From Naegleria gruberi (Eukaryota), in NCBI GenBank assembly GCA_000004985.1, contig GG738923.1: a stretch of 64,000 nt of DNA. One strand, written 5' to 3'. Under the pieces are notes generated by a model. The model saw only the letters and a list, made by a program, of their open reading frames with translations, did not search any database and was not told the DNA's origin. Positions 47,111 to 59,965 of the stretch are shown one piece after another; the first letter of the stretch is position 1; each line of letters begins with the position of its first letter. Position numbers and translations under genes: made by a program.

Positions 47111-49645
47111 TTATTGACTTGTTTCTCCTTCATTCAGTATATCAAATAAATTAAAGTTGACCTTGTATCTTGAAGTGGGATTGGGTGTTTCTATTGATTT
47201 TTGATTCATCATTTCGCTCATTGTTATAGTAGATGGCAATGAAAGAGTATTCATGTCTAGTATTGAGTGGCTCAGACTCAATTTGGATTGATTGGTTTTC
47301 TTTTGTTGCTTTACGACTGGCTCTGGTTCCTTTCTAAAATTTTGTTCAATATACTGTTCTGCCTCTGAATTCAACTCATTGTAATTGGTTTTGACTCTCA
47401 GTATTTTACCGTCAATATCACCAGCAAATATTTCATCTTTTTCTTCATCAAACGAAACTGTAGAGAATTCTGCCTTCTTATCTTCAAATCTGAATAATAT
47501 ATCCTGAGAACCCTTTTCTGCATTAAATCTCCAAACTTCAACTCTTCCCTCTTTAAACCAACTCATAAGTCTTCCATTTCCAGCATAACACATTCCTAGA
47601 ACTGCACCTGTGTCACTCTCCAAAGAAGCTAATTTCTCCCTAGTATTTACATTCCACAAACCAATTGTCTGGTCTTCACTTGCAGTGAAGAGAAAGTTAC
47701 CATCAAGAACCATTGACACAACAGCACTCTTGTGACCACTTTCCTCATTGTTTTTCCTTTTAGCTTTGATTTCACCAACCAGAGGAATGTCGTCTTCAAT
47801 TGCCCAAAATCGAATCATACCATCATTTCCTCCCGTGATGACAGTCTTATCCATAGGATTGAAAACTAGGCATAGAATTTCTCTATTGTGAGCATTTTGT
47901 TTCACTTTGAAAACAGGATTCTGCTTTTCAAATAAAAACCTAGATAAATCGCAGACAGCAAATGACCCATCAAAACTTGCCGTCACTAATACTAGACATT
48001 CTTTCTTCTCACCTCCAAAGAACTTATTGTTTGTTAATCTTCTTGGAGAAAAAATTGTGGGTTTAGATCGGTCCAAAGAAACATTGGCCTTAATGATATT
48101 ATACACGGAGTTTTGATGTAGTTTAATATCTACGTACTCCCTTCCTCTTTCCAAATTCCATAGTGTGATGTGACCACTATCATGTCCAGTACATCCAATG
48201 CCATCATCCACATAAATGAAAGATGTAATTTCTGTTTTGTCACCTTTTGGAGTGTATTTGATATTATCGAGAGGTTTCATGTCAAACTTTGAAACTTCCC
48301 ATATAACAATTTTGTTATCAGAACCTGCAGTGATGAGACGAGCAGTTGCTGTCCTTTTAGTATTCAGCCCAATCCCAACAATTGCATCAGTGTGATATTT
48401 GTGTTCCTTATGAGGAATATTTCTTTCTATCGAAAATGTTTGAACTCCATTCCTTCCTGAAACAATTATCTTTTTAGTAAAGAAAGATAAACATGTTGGT
48501 TCCTTTCCAAAATAAAATGATAACGATGTTTCACCAGTTCTATACTGGTAAATATCTACCTTTCCAGATTCTGTAACTGTTATCAACTCCTCATGTTCGT
48601 CATCCCAATCCATTCCACAAATTCTTTCATCTCTCGTAAATTTGCTGAATACTGTTTTTCCACTGTAATCTGTAAATTTAACTACATTGTCAAAACCAGT
48701 TGACACCATCATATTGCTTCCTTGCAACATTAAGATGTTGGTTATACCCTTATCTCTCATTTTTAATTTGTACATTAACTTGACATCCACTATTGATTTT
48801 CTATCTCTTAATTCTCCAATTGTTTTATATACATAACAAGTTCCCTTCATCGTTCCTACTACTATTTCTCCTTGTTCTCCTGATAAGTCCTCGGGAGAAG
48901 CCCACAATGCACTAATCCATGCATCGCAATCTGTCAATGTTTTAAAACATGAAAACCAAGGTATTAAATTGAGTTTCTTCCTCTCTCTATCTGGTTTCCA
49001 AATTTTTACTAACATATCCGAACTTCCAGATATTATCAAATCGAAATGAAATGCCAGACTTGTTACAGGTTTTACATGAGAAAACATTGCTGTTAAGATT
49101 TCATACCGTTATTCAAATATTCAAGTTACTACCTACTCTGAAGGCATGAATTCTCTGCAAGATATTTTCCAAAAGGATCAAATACTAAGCAAGTTTTTTA
49201 ATTTAATTTGGTACAAAATCCTTACCTTTCATTGAATGGTCAACACAACCAGTTACTATTAACTCGAGAAATGGATGATACATTATACAAAGAACAGCTG
49301 CTGAGTGGGTTCCGAGCTTGACATGTTTTCCTACTACTTTTTCATCCCCCACTGGATTACTGTCATAGTTCCAATATACAACCTCTCCTCTTGCTGATGT
49401 TGTGAGAGTAATCATTAAATCATGCTATTCAACATATCTACATACCATTTCCTGCAAATATTATTAGTTTGCCATCCCTCTCAACACACGTATGACAAAG
49501 AAACCTAGGGAATTGTTGATTTGCTCTCTTTCCGAAATGTTGTGGTTGAGAATTGGGAAGAGTAAACTGTATTAATCCATAAAAACAATATAATAATCGT
49601 TAAATTTGTGATGATGCTTACATTCTTCCCCTGAGCAATATTCAT
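47111..49645 (-). CDS. WD40-repeat protein (tandem beta-propellers, EML-like), at least 5 exons: 49645..49622, 49566..49446, 49393..49226, a possible small internal exon, and 49089..47111.
   Basis: Many WD repeats. Exon 1 (MNIAQGKN) has an 'aaaaaaaATG' context. Introns of 55 nt (49567..49621) and 52 nt (49394..49445) are in frame. The gap 49090..49225 (136 nt) may contain a micro-exon. Confidence 0.6.
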
Positions 49646-49913
49646 TTTTTTCAAGTTGGAAAATCTTTTTTTAATCAGTAGTTGGAATTGGCGGCAAGAA
49701 TCTAGCAGCAATTTAATAAGGCAAAAATACCGCCAAGATCCAATCACCAAAAAAATCAAATCTTTATTCATAAAGGAAGTTCTCTATCGATACATGCTTG
49801 AATGGATTGCATGGCCAAAAGGGTTTAAAGAAATGTATTAGTGGTCCAAAAATTTTAAATCCCATGGCCATGCAAGCATGTACCTGCAAAATTACGACCA
49901 TGAGATGTTTTGT

Positions 49914-51510
49914 TAATTCTTTTTAGAATAGTCGTAGTATGACCAAACTAAACTTGGATTTAGAGCTTCTTTAGCTTTGAGGAGGTTCATCTTTTTCTGT
50001 TTTTCAATCTTTTTGAAATATTTCTGAGCTAGAAATATTGAATGTAAGTAAGCATGCATGCATGGAGTAGAATATATTGGGATGGTTTGGAAAGATGTAT
50101 TAAGTGGTCAGCATGAGTAAATGTTGAAATAAAATACTTACCATGAGAAGCTACTTGTGATCTCACTCTGCTTTTAATATACTTATTGGCAATGAGTTCC
50201 CAATTTCTTCCAGCCTCTTTCAAACCAAGTAAAAACATCTCATGTTCTTCCTTACTCCAAGTTCCGTGATTAATTTGCACATCTCCAGTTTCTGAGGTTG
50301 TAATTTTCTTATAGGGAGAGCATCTCATCATGGTTTCTTCTAATGTTACATCCTCAATTGATTCATCAGAATCCTCCTCATTGTGTAAAGGGCTAGATGA
50401 ATCCTCTTCATACAAATTTCCCTGTTGAGTTGGAGATGATTTCTTACCAGTTTCAGTATCCAATTTTTTCAATTGTTTTGTTGGCAGATGAAAATCTTGA
50501 GTAGTAGAATTTAAAGAATTACTAGATGCATGACCAACTCGTGAAGATGTAATGAATGTATCATTAATCTTTGGTTTTGCTATTCTACTACTAGTAGTAT
50601 TAACATTGGAGATTGGAAATTGAACCATTGAAGGTGATGGAACTACATGCAAAATTGGAGAATGCAATAATGGAGAGGTAGGGAGTACAGAAGCATGCAT
50701 TCTCGTATTTGCTCCATTTTGAAGATGACTGGCAATAGATGCATTCGGTGGATGATGAATGTGTGTAGATGATGAGGAAGAAGCCAAAGATGATGAGGAT
50801 GGAATTGAAGGAAATACAGTTGTGGGTTGGTGTACTCCAGAATCCACAACATTAATGGCTTCGTAATTGGTGGAAAGTGGATAGGATGGCTCAAAGATTT
50901 TCTTTGACTGGACAAAAGTGGACGTTCTTGGTTCGATGGCATCGTTCATAGGATGCTTGTGTGACAACATTTGGGAGGTCTTGTTATGATCAATGACAGC
51001 TAGCTTGCTGTTGGGTTTGAAAATTGTTGACATGCATACTAATGGATCTAGGGATGGTTCGTATAAAGTAAATTGTGGCTCAATACATGACAAGTATGCA
51101 TGTATTGGTGGTTTTTGTGATGGATACTCTGGTGCCATGTGAATGATGTCTTGATTATTGAAAGAGAATGGTGGTAGTGTTTGATGTTCTTCATGTACAT
51201 TGGATGAAAATTGTTTCTCACCATTTGAAGGTTCTTGTTCTTCTTGTTGTTGGGGAGGATAATCTTCAAGCTTAGGATTAATGGGATTATTATTATGCTG
51301 CAGTGGATAATTGGCACATGTGACGGCAGTTGTGCAACTATTACTTGATGTGTTGTTGGAGGTGATGATGGGTGTTTGAGCAATATCTTGTATCACAGAA
51401 CACTTCATGTTGTTGTTGTTCTTGTAATTGTTTAAAGTAGTTGGATGATGAGAAGTGGTTTGCTGCTCAGGTTTGTTATAGGATGGTGGTGATGCATTCA
51501 ACATGGTCAA
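49914..51510 (-). CDS. Myb-like (SHAQKYF-class) DNA-binding protein. Two exons, with a 113-nt intron at 50029..50141.
   Basis: The sequence WSKEEHEMFLLGLKEAGRNWELIANKYIKSRVRSQVASH|AQKYFKK spans the intron. The SHAQKYF motif is restored only after splicing (GTAAGT...TTTCTAG). Confidence 0.7.
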
Positions 51511-52621
51511 TGATTCTATGGCTAGCTGCTATTGTTGTTGAGTATAATTATTGGTGGATATATAAAGAGATGATGAAGGCTTTCAGATTAAATCTTGGAC
51601 TAAATACTTGATGATGGTAGTATCTTAGCACACAAGTATTTGTAGTAAAATTTGATAAATAGTAAAATTTGTTGATGGATGGCAGAGAAGCTTTGTCTAT
51701 TTTGAAAATATTGGAGGGCGATATCACAAATGAAAAGAAATTATGCAAATACCAATACCAGAATCAGATGGTTGGAAGATTTGCTGGTAATATTAATGTA
51801 GTAGTGCCAAAGATTTCTTCCTTCTCTTCAAAGAAGAGGAGCATCAATAAAGCTAGAAGGTCCACTGTTGTTGATTTTTAATGATGAAAGACAAAAAGAA
51901 TCGGCACGAACATCCAACAATGCAGCCAACCAAAAAACAACAATGGCGACTCCTTAGAGAATGTGATTTTTTGCAATCATGAAACTGTTTCGCATCAATT
52001 TCGCACCACACGCCCAATAAGTATTCATGATCTTATTAATGTTATGAGAGAATCCACGATTTTTGTACCAAAAACAATTAATGGCTGAGGAAAGTTCAAT
52101 GAATGTGCCTTTTTCTTAGTGCCATTAGTTAGTGAAATGACGTACTGCATTTGTGTTGTTGGCCAATAATTACGCTGAAACCTCCGCTCTCTAATCACCA
52201 TAAAGGTAAGAGCTAGCATTGTTTCAAGGGGCACCCTTGTTGTTTGTATCCCAAATCTCAATATATAACTTATGGCGTTATCTGTGGATTGCTCCCAAAA
52301 CTCACATACAATGGATTATTGTTGCAAACAACGAACCAAACAACATCTATGAAAATAATGAGGATGTGCTTTTGTTGTGTCACCGGGCCATTCTCAAACA
52401 AGCTAATTTCTCGCATGCTCAAATATGTCAATCATGCAACAATTTCGTAATTGTGCAACTGTAAATGCTGATCAGCACAAACTTTTGCTAAGTACTTTGA
52501 ATGCCAAATAAAGACATGGTCTCCTTATGTCCTCAATAATTTCAATTTCCCTTACCGTTTTGCATATATAATCGAGTTCAAATTTATCAACATCAGGTAT
52601 TTATTTTCATTATGAATGTAA

Positions 52622-52695
52622 GCCGTCATAGCTCAGTTGGATAGAGCACAGGACTTCTAATCCTGGGGTCGTGGGTTCGAGCCCCATTGTCGGTA
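52622..52695 (+). tRNA. tRNA-Arg (anticodon UCU), copy 3
   Basis: Identical to copies 1 and 2. Confidence 0.8.
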
Positions 52696-52775
52696 AATCT
52701 TTTTGTTTTTTTCACAATTTTAATAATTATTATTTTAGTTTTTGTTTAAATAGTATTAGTCAAAATTAAATGTTA

Positions 52776-54353
52776 TTAAATGTGATTATTAATGTCTATT
52801 GAAAACAGATCAATCATTGCATTAAACAGTTGACCATCCTTCAAATTCTTCATTGTAAAATATCCTTTCATAAAGCCAATCTCCTCCTCAGTTTCTGTAC
52901 ATGAATTGTAAGTAAACACTGATCCTGGTGTAACTGTTGGATACAATCCAACAACACCTGGTCCATCCACAACTTCAGGAGTCTCATTTTGCACATCAGA
53001 AGTTAAATAAATCTCCCAATGTCTACTCACTAATTTACACGAATTCTGAGTGCTTTCATTCTTGTCCATTGTAATCTTAATTCTATAGGAAAAGTAATAG
53101 TGTACTTCTTCAGGTGAGTATCGAGAAAGTTCTGGAACGAGTAGAGACTGACAGTAAATCTTAACTCCATTCGTTGTAGTTTCTGAACCAAAATTCTTGG
53201 TTGGGAATCTATTAATGCTTCCATCAGGCTCAAAATCAAACAAATTGAGTATTGTCAAATTATTGACATAGGTTTCGAACCAATTGGAGAATGAATCTGA
53301 GAAAATCATTGGGTAATTGTTACCACTCATTTGATAGATAGTACCCTTCTTAATTGAAACTTCCAAAACATCATCTGTAATATCTTGAGAGGCACACAAC
53401 ACTGCACAGTAAGAGTTCAATATGATTGGATATGAACTTGCAAGGCAAATATTGTTTGATTTTTTCAACATTTCTGAATAGTGCATCAAATTGTCAAATC
53501 CCAATAATGGTAAACGAGCTTGATAATCATAAAATCCATATCCTCCAAAGAAGGCATAATTCTTATTTTTCAAATCTAATTGACCATCTGTTAACAAGTA
53601 AAGTTGAGTGTATTCGAAACATGTTCCAATTTCACAAAGCTTAATCTTCTTTGCCTCGATAGAATCCAATAAATTATGACCCTCCGAGAATGAAATACTA
53701 TTAGCAATGAGTGGAGAATGAACAGAAAGATAAACCTCCATTTGATTCAACAATTTTCTCATTTTACAATGCTTCTTGCATCCATCCTCAATATCAATAT
53801 TCAATTCGCCAATATACATTTCATAATAATATCTGAATAACAATTTAAATACATCTTCTTGTTCCAATCCTCCTCCAATTTTAGTAAATAATAATTCAAT
53901 TGTTTCCGACCATCTTTTCAAAATATTATTAATTCCATAATGTTTGTATTTGGACACAACAATGCACCGATCATTTTGTCTAATAATTTTCTCTTCATCT
54001 TCTTGTTCAAAGGCTTTGAAACAATCATTCGGAATGTTTTCAAATAATTGTTCAAGTTTCAAGCCAGATCCGATTACAATCTTATTTGCATCTTGAATCA
54101 CAATATTAGGAAGTGAAAAGTAGGATTGGCACTTGCTCTTCCAAACTATTTGGCTCCTCTCAATTTGATGCAATACGGAATGAACAGAGGAAATTTGTGT
54201 CAAATCCCTCACGTTCATATATTCGAAACAGTGAGTTAGAATTTCCGATGGTAATTGTAGCAGTGGAGCAAGATTAGTACTTGTTAAGTCATCACTCATT
54301 TCAACTTTTTGTTTTTTAGCAGAGGGAAGTAAATCAATCTTATCTGGCACCAT
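52776..54353 (-). CDS. F-box domain protein, 525 aa
   Basis: F-box (LLQLPSEILTHCFEYMNVRDLTQISSVHSVLHQ). Confidence 0.6.
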   Translation of the reverse strand: MVPDKIDLLPSAKKQKVEMSDDLTSTNLAPLLQLPSEILTHCFEYMNVRDLTQISSVHSVLHQIERSQIVWKSKCQSYFSLPNIVIQDANKIVIGSGLKLEQLFENIPNDCFKAFEQEDEEKIIRQNDRCIVVSKYKHYGINNILKRWSETIELLFTKIGGGLEQEDVFKLLFRYYYEMYIGELNIDIEDGCKKHCKMRKLLNQMEVYLSVHSPLIANSISFSEGHNLLDSIEAKKIKLCEIGTCFEYTQLYLLTDGQLDLKNKNYAFFGGYGFYDYQARLPLLGFDNLMHYSEMLKKSNNICLASSYPIILNSYCAVLCASQDITDDVLEVSIKKGTIYQMSGNNYPMIFSDSFSNWFETYVNNLTILNLFDFEPDGSINRFPTKNFGSETTTNGVKIYCQSLLVPELSRYSPEEVHYYFSYRIKITMDKNESTQNSCKLVSRHWEIYLTSDVQNETPEVVDGPGVVGLYPTVTPGSVFTYNSCTETEEEIGFMKGYFTMKNLKDGQLFNAMIDLFSIDINNHI

Positions 54354-54781
54354 TTTTTTCTGTTTGAGAATCTTGAGGATTCTTTTGTTCTTTTTAAATA
54401 AATTGAATGCGTTATAAATATCAATAATAATAATTGAAAATTAGAAAGGAAAATGGCTTTATTTTATCAATTAAAAGATTTTTTTTATTGAGGGTTTGAT
54501 TTTGTAAAGAATTTTGTAAAGTAGGTTTTTGTTCCCTTTTACTATCAATCCCAATATGCCAAGTTGCATCTACGTGAACATTAAGCATGAATTTCAAATT
54601 GATAACTACGAACGTGCATGAAATACTAAGGAGATAATACTAATTGGTAAGTACGAAGATTTTTCCAATATTGGATTATTGGACAGTTCATGACAGTTTT
54701 CAAAAAAGTGGCGTATTACAAGTATGTCAACTAAATAGACAAAATAGTGCAACTATAGCTCTCCTCCTTATATATTTTCTC

Positions 54782-55966
54782 TTACTCTATTTCTTCTTTA
54801 GAGCTCTTTGATTCGGATATTTCCAACTCTTGTTCACTTGCTGTTTGTGGAGGTGATTGTGATATTTGCTGTTCATTAATGACAATGTTATCAGATATTT
54901 GAGATTGTTGTACTGATGGCTGATTTTCCATCTTGTTGTTGTTGTTAAATTGTTCAAAGAATGGAGAACATAATTTCATGCTCAATTCCCATAATTTTTC
55001 TCGTTCTTCCTTAATATATGCTATTGGATGATCCATATCTTCCTTATCTTCTGAAAAATAGACACCAGAGCAGGTAATGGCTGGATCAACTGCCAATCTC
55101 AGTTCATTAAAGGCTCCTTTAGCAATTGGAATCCCTTGGAATGCATGAACCATTTTATAAGCACCGTATTTAAGCCATCCAAGTAGTGAATCTCTTTCAT
55201 TATCGAGTGCCTTCTCTGGAAGATTGGTCATCATCGTGCCAGGATGAAGCATATTCACTGCCAATTTCTTATTTTCCTCAATGACCCATTTCTGATGCAA
55301 ATTCAATCCATGCATGGTGCAGAATAGTTTGTTGTAGGCATAGGTAGGTGTTGTGGTCTTATAGGATTGTTCCTTTTGAATCATGTCCATCCACTTGATA
55401 TCTTCCAAGTGTTTCAACGATTTTGGAAACATCATCTTGGCCACATTTGATGAAACAATAATAATTCTGGCGTTTTCATTCAAATAATCTTTCAGCAAGT
55501 GATTCATGAGAAAGTGTCCCAAGTGACACACTGAAAATGTTGTTGAAACTTGTTGTGCTTGAGTTTTTTCCTTTGAAACTACCAATCCAGCATTATTAAT
55601 AATCACATCAATCTTTTCCGAATTAAATTCATTCGGAAGAATTTCCCTAACCAATTTCACACAACCCTCAACAACCAATTCCAAATTTGATAAATCCATT
55701 CCCAATCCAACAATTTTTCCAATCTTGCTTTCATTCACTTGTTTGTATTGTTCCAAAGTTTTACTAATAATTGTCTTGATGGCACTGTCGGCTCTTTCCT
55801 GTGTCGAACTGGTAATTATCACATTAAATCCCAAAGATAACAATTGCTTGGAGAGGTCGTATCCGATACCTGTTGTACCTCCCGTCAAGAGAATAGTTTT
55901 TTGAGAGGAAAAATCCTGATGATTTCTTAATTGGATGAGAAGGGTTGCTGCATCGAATGCTTTCAT
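54782..55966 (-). CDS. Short-chain dehydrogenase/reductase (SDR) family protein
   Basis: TGGTTGIGYD cofactor motif, NAG, and a catalytic Y(60)xxxK(64). Confidence 0.8.
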   Translation of the reverse strand: MKAFDAATLLIQLRNHQDFSSQKTILLTGGTTGIGYDLSKQLLSLGFNVIITSSTQERADSAIKTIISKTLEQYKQVNESKIGKIVGLGMDLSNLELVVEGCVKLVREILPNEFNSEKIDVIINNAGLVVSKEKTQAQQVSTTFSVCHLGHFLMNHLLKDYLNENARIIIVSSNVAKMMFPKSLKHLEDIKWMDMIQKEQSYKTTTPTYAYNKLFCTMHGLNLHQKWVIEENKKLAVNMLHPGTMMTNLPEKALDNERDSLLGWLKYGAYKMVHAFQGIPIAKGAFNELRLAVDPAITCSGVYFSEDKEDMDHPIAYIKEEREKLWELSMKLCSPFFEQFNNNNKMENQPSVQQSQISDNIVINEQQISQSPPQTASEQELEISESKSSKEEIE

Positions 55967-56040
55967 TTTTTTGTGTTTGGATTTTACAATAAAGATTTTA
56001 AGAGTTTTGGATTTGAAAGGAAATGGTTGACAAGAGATGT

Positions 56041-58602
56041 TTATTCATCCTTTTGGGATTGGTAATCATCGTCCTCAATTGATTTCCTCTCAACGACTTC
56101 ATTCGAGTCGATATTAAGAGAGGTTTTTGTTGTGGTTGCAAGATCGTGTATATCAACAATTGCGATACCATCTGATGAAGGAGTAGATGGCTTGGAGTCG
56201 TGACTATGTCCATGATGAAGCCATTTGACCAAGTCCTTCTTTGTAATGATACCGACAAGCTTACTATTGTGCAAAACAAGGCAATATCTAACTCCCATAG
56301 CTCTAAACATATTGTAAAGTCTATCACCTGGCATTTGTGTTGGGACTTGGATTGGAATTTCATCTAAAAAGCTTGAAAGGTCAATCTTGTTAATAAGTGA
56401 AATTTGTCTTTCTGATTTGTGAAGATCTGAAAAGACAATTTCAGTCTGGTCATTGATTCTTCTATCATTTGTTAAAAGGGCGTCTTGAAGAGCTGCTTGG
56501 GTAATAAATCCAAGAACACGTCTATCATCAGAATTATCCACAATTGGGAATCCATATAACTTAAGTCCTTCTCTCAAAAGAGATTGTCTCACCTCACCAA
56601 CTGTTGCTCCCTCAACAAAAATAACTTTAAGCTTGTGAGTTGTCATGATATGTTTTGCTGTATCATCTGTATCCACTTCATCATTGTGTAAGAATGGATA
56701 TTGATTCATTTCAATATTTAGTTCATAAATGGATTCCCTATTGAAAGCATCACCAACCCATTTGGCGAACATTACAGAAAGCATAATAGGAACAAGGTAT
56801 TCCAAACCACCAGTCAATTCAAACATAATAACTGCAAGGGATACCGTAATTCTACAAACACCTCCCAACATGGTTGCAGCTCCAATAACAGCATACATAC
56901 CAGGCACAACACAACTACCTTCACCACCAGCATAACATTCTTGGAAGAATGGAGAATCAGGGAAAGTCAATTGCACATATTTCATAATACTACCAACTAG
57001 TGTACCATAACAAGCACCTATAGCCAATGAAGGGACAAGAACACCTGATGGAATCTTGATACCAACAGTCAAGGATAAAAGAATAAATCTCAATACAAAT
57101 GAAATCATCAATTTGCCCATAGCCCAGAAATTTGTTGGATCACACAACTCGACAAAGATGGAATCGGCTGAAGAATTTTCAGTACAAGTATTTTCAAATA
57201 ATCTGGCAATAAGATCAGACATTGGCATTCTTGAGTATTCGTTCCAATAGCAAAGCACTGAGGTGAGGATTGTCAATCCAATTGTTTCCAGGATTGGCCA
57301 TTTTCCAAAATACTTTTTACGAACATTCTTAATAAATGAAATATTGAGCTTGGTAAAGAGAGCTCCAAGCAATCCACCAACAATACCCAAGAAAATGAAG
57401 GCAACTGAACTATCATTAGAATGAAATTGATTCAAGAAACTTACTCAATTCGAACCATTTCCAATTTACGTGGTATGAAATGCTGTACAAGACAATTTTA
57501 CCAGATGGTCTTGGATTAATAATTTGCAAGGTCAAAGCTCCAATAACACAGGCAAAGAAAGTTCTAAAGAGCGTCTTTGGAGGGAAATAGGATGACAATT
57601 CCTCAAGTGAAAACAAAGTACCACCAGCTGGAGTACCGAAAGCACACGCCACGCCTGCAGCACAACTTGCACTAATCATTTCTCTCTTTTTGGCTTCATT
57701 ATTTCTGTATTTTGAGAAAATTCTTGAAAAGACGTTACCAACACATCCACCAACCTAAACAAAAAATCAATTCGAAAGTTCAACAAATATATACTTACAT
57801 GAACCATTGGACCTTCTTTACCCAAAGTTAATCCAGAACCAACAGCAAGGACCAACCCAATAATTTTAACAATTAAAGTCATAATACCTAAACAACCCTT
57901 GATGACAAATCCACCCAAAATTGTTTTCACTTCTGGAATTCCCGAACCTGCAGCCCAAGGAGCCAGACTCTTCACAAACCATGCACTCAAAGTGGCCATG
58001 CACACTGCAATGAATATATAGGCAAAATAGTCAAAAGCATAGGCGCCATTAGTTTCATAAATACCAAATATTTCACTCCAAGTTTTCCAGTCTTCACACT
58101 TGATACCAACTTGTTGATGTGAGATAATCGCATGTCATCTGTGTACTTACCTGGCACTTCCACGCAACATCTTGTCTGTGTGGCCAAGAAATAATTCACA
58201 CAAACTCCTTCTTTAAATCCGGCCAACCATTCCATACCCTTATCCACAATACTAGCAAATATACCAATCCAAGCACCTATCAGGAATGTCATAATCCACC
58301 CCTGTGATGCATAGTATCCTTTATGAAGAGTTGCCCAAATTCCTGTCTAAATAAATAAATAATAATAATATTTGAATTTAAATTTTCAGCAAATATATTT
58401 TCAAGTGAATATCACATACTTTTGAATAGAGTTTTGCTCTGTTTTTTCGTTCCTTTTTAATATCGGCTCTCCAATCTATAGTACTGATATTTTCATTATC
58501 GTGATAGGGATTTTTAGGAGGTTCTGGATTTGTGGTGGTTAACAATGACATCCGAATTTGATCCTTCTCCTCATCAGTGGAGAATGATCCAATAAATGAC
58601 AT
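56041..58602 (-). CDS. CLC-family chloride channel with C-terminal CBS domains. Five exons: 58602..58420, 58346..58151, 58109..57799, 57754..57445 and 57404..56041.
   Basis: Motifs GSGIPE, GKEGPMVH and GTPAGG are present. The motif WFELIAFIFLGIVGGLLGALF is restored by intron 4 (57405..57444). The introns are 73, 41, 44 and 40 nt. The track ORFs at 57416..58292 are read-through fragments. Confidence 0.85.
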
Positions 58603-58938
58603 ATTTAATTATATTGATGATAATAAATTATCTTCCTAAATGATGATATTCAATGTTGCTTCCTATGATTTTTATAATCAAAATTTCTTTAAATCAACAA
58701 CAATCCAAAGCGCGGGAACCTGAGAGAAAGATTTATTGTGATTTTTTTTGCTGATGGAACGAATTGGAAAATTAGCGAGCAAATCAGAGAATCTTTCAGA
58801 GGCAACTTCTTGGTTTTTCACTGTAGTGAGGAAGCTGGGAGTCAATTCAAAGGAGTTGCCCTCAGGAGTTGAACGATTTGGTCGTGTGGACAAATTGGAG
58901 AGGATGCACTTTTATGGAGTTTATTAAGACTGAAATTG

Positions 58939-59793
58939 TTAGTAGAAATCTTCATTTTCCAATTGTTTAAGCTTTTTACAGAAGGCATCTCGTTTTTGAA
59001 TTTGAGTATTGGTCTCTGAGGTGAGTGTTTGTAATTCATCTTGCATTTGTGAGATGGCTAATTCGAGTTCTTCTCTTTCTTGCAACTTCTCTGCCATTGA
59101 GGTTTGGTGGTAATCGATTTGAGAACGAATTTGCTTCTCCTTTTGTTCCTTTTGTTGCTGTTGTTTGAAATGATCTTGCTTCTTCTTTTCCTCTTTCTTA
59201 ATGTTATTGGAAACTGTCTGAATCTCTGAATGGATCAATTGGTGTTTCTTTGCTTCTTTTTGAATGTGGGAATCTTGTTCTTGAATTTTAGCCCTTAGAT
59301 CATTGATTTGTTTCTCAATTGTTTTGATTTGTTTTCCTTCCGAAGTTTCACTTGTAAAGAAATCATTTACCTCTTGAATATGTTTCTGATATTGCTTGAT
59401 TTCCTCCTCCTTTAAAGATTCAAATAATTTACATTGATCATGAAGGAAATCAGCCCTCTTTTGAACTGAGAGTGCAACACTTGTTTCGGCATTAATTTGT
59501 TGATTTAGATTGGAGATTTCATCCTCCAATTTATCGATCATATTTTGGAGAGTTAGATTATCGAAAGATAACATTCGTTTCTTTCTTGTTAATTCATCCA
59601 AATCTTCCTCATCTTGAAAATTTAATTAATTATCCAAATAATGCGATTTAAATGTTGTTAAAAAGAAAAACCTACATTCCTTTACAAGTGATAATAAATC
59701 ATCATTTTCTCGTACCAAGCCTAATAATTGTTGATGTTCTTCCTCTTGAAGCCTTGTCAATTCTTCAATTTGTATGGTGAGAACAGTTTCCAT
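58939..59793 (-). CDS. Coiled-coil protein. Two exons with one intron of 63-78 nt.
   Basis: Exon 1 (METVLTIQIEELTRLQEEEHQQLLGLVREND...) can be joined in frame to ORF 58939..59601 by either of two donor options. Confidence 0.4.
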
Positions 59794-59965
59794 GATTTGA
59801 ATTGAGTTGTTTTTTTTATTAAATAAAATAAAGCCTTAATTGACTTCACGCATGCCTGCCATTGACTACTATAATGAAAGCGAGAATCCTTACATGAGAA
59901 AATTAGGCTAATGATAAATCAATTTAATTTTTTTAAAATTTTATTACTTAATAATTTAGTGATGA

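Noticed and set aside
49790-49880. A catggcca / ccatggccatgc palindromic cluster resembling part of U6 snRNA
   Set aside because: The match to U6 (GCATGGCCCCTGCGCAAGG) is too short and diverged. It lies in the 3'UTR region of the Myb gene.
57416-58292. Three separate 87-109-aa minus-strand ORFs
   Set aside because: They are exons of the CLC gene with intron read-through tails. I merged them into the five-exon model.
58678-59039. ORFs 58678..58893 and 58842..59039 (-)
   Set aside because: They lie in the presumed 3'UTR between the coiled-coil gene and the CLC start, and they overlap each other.
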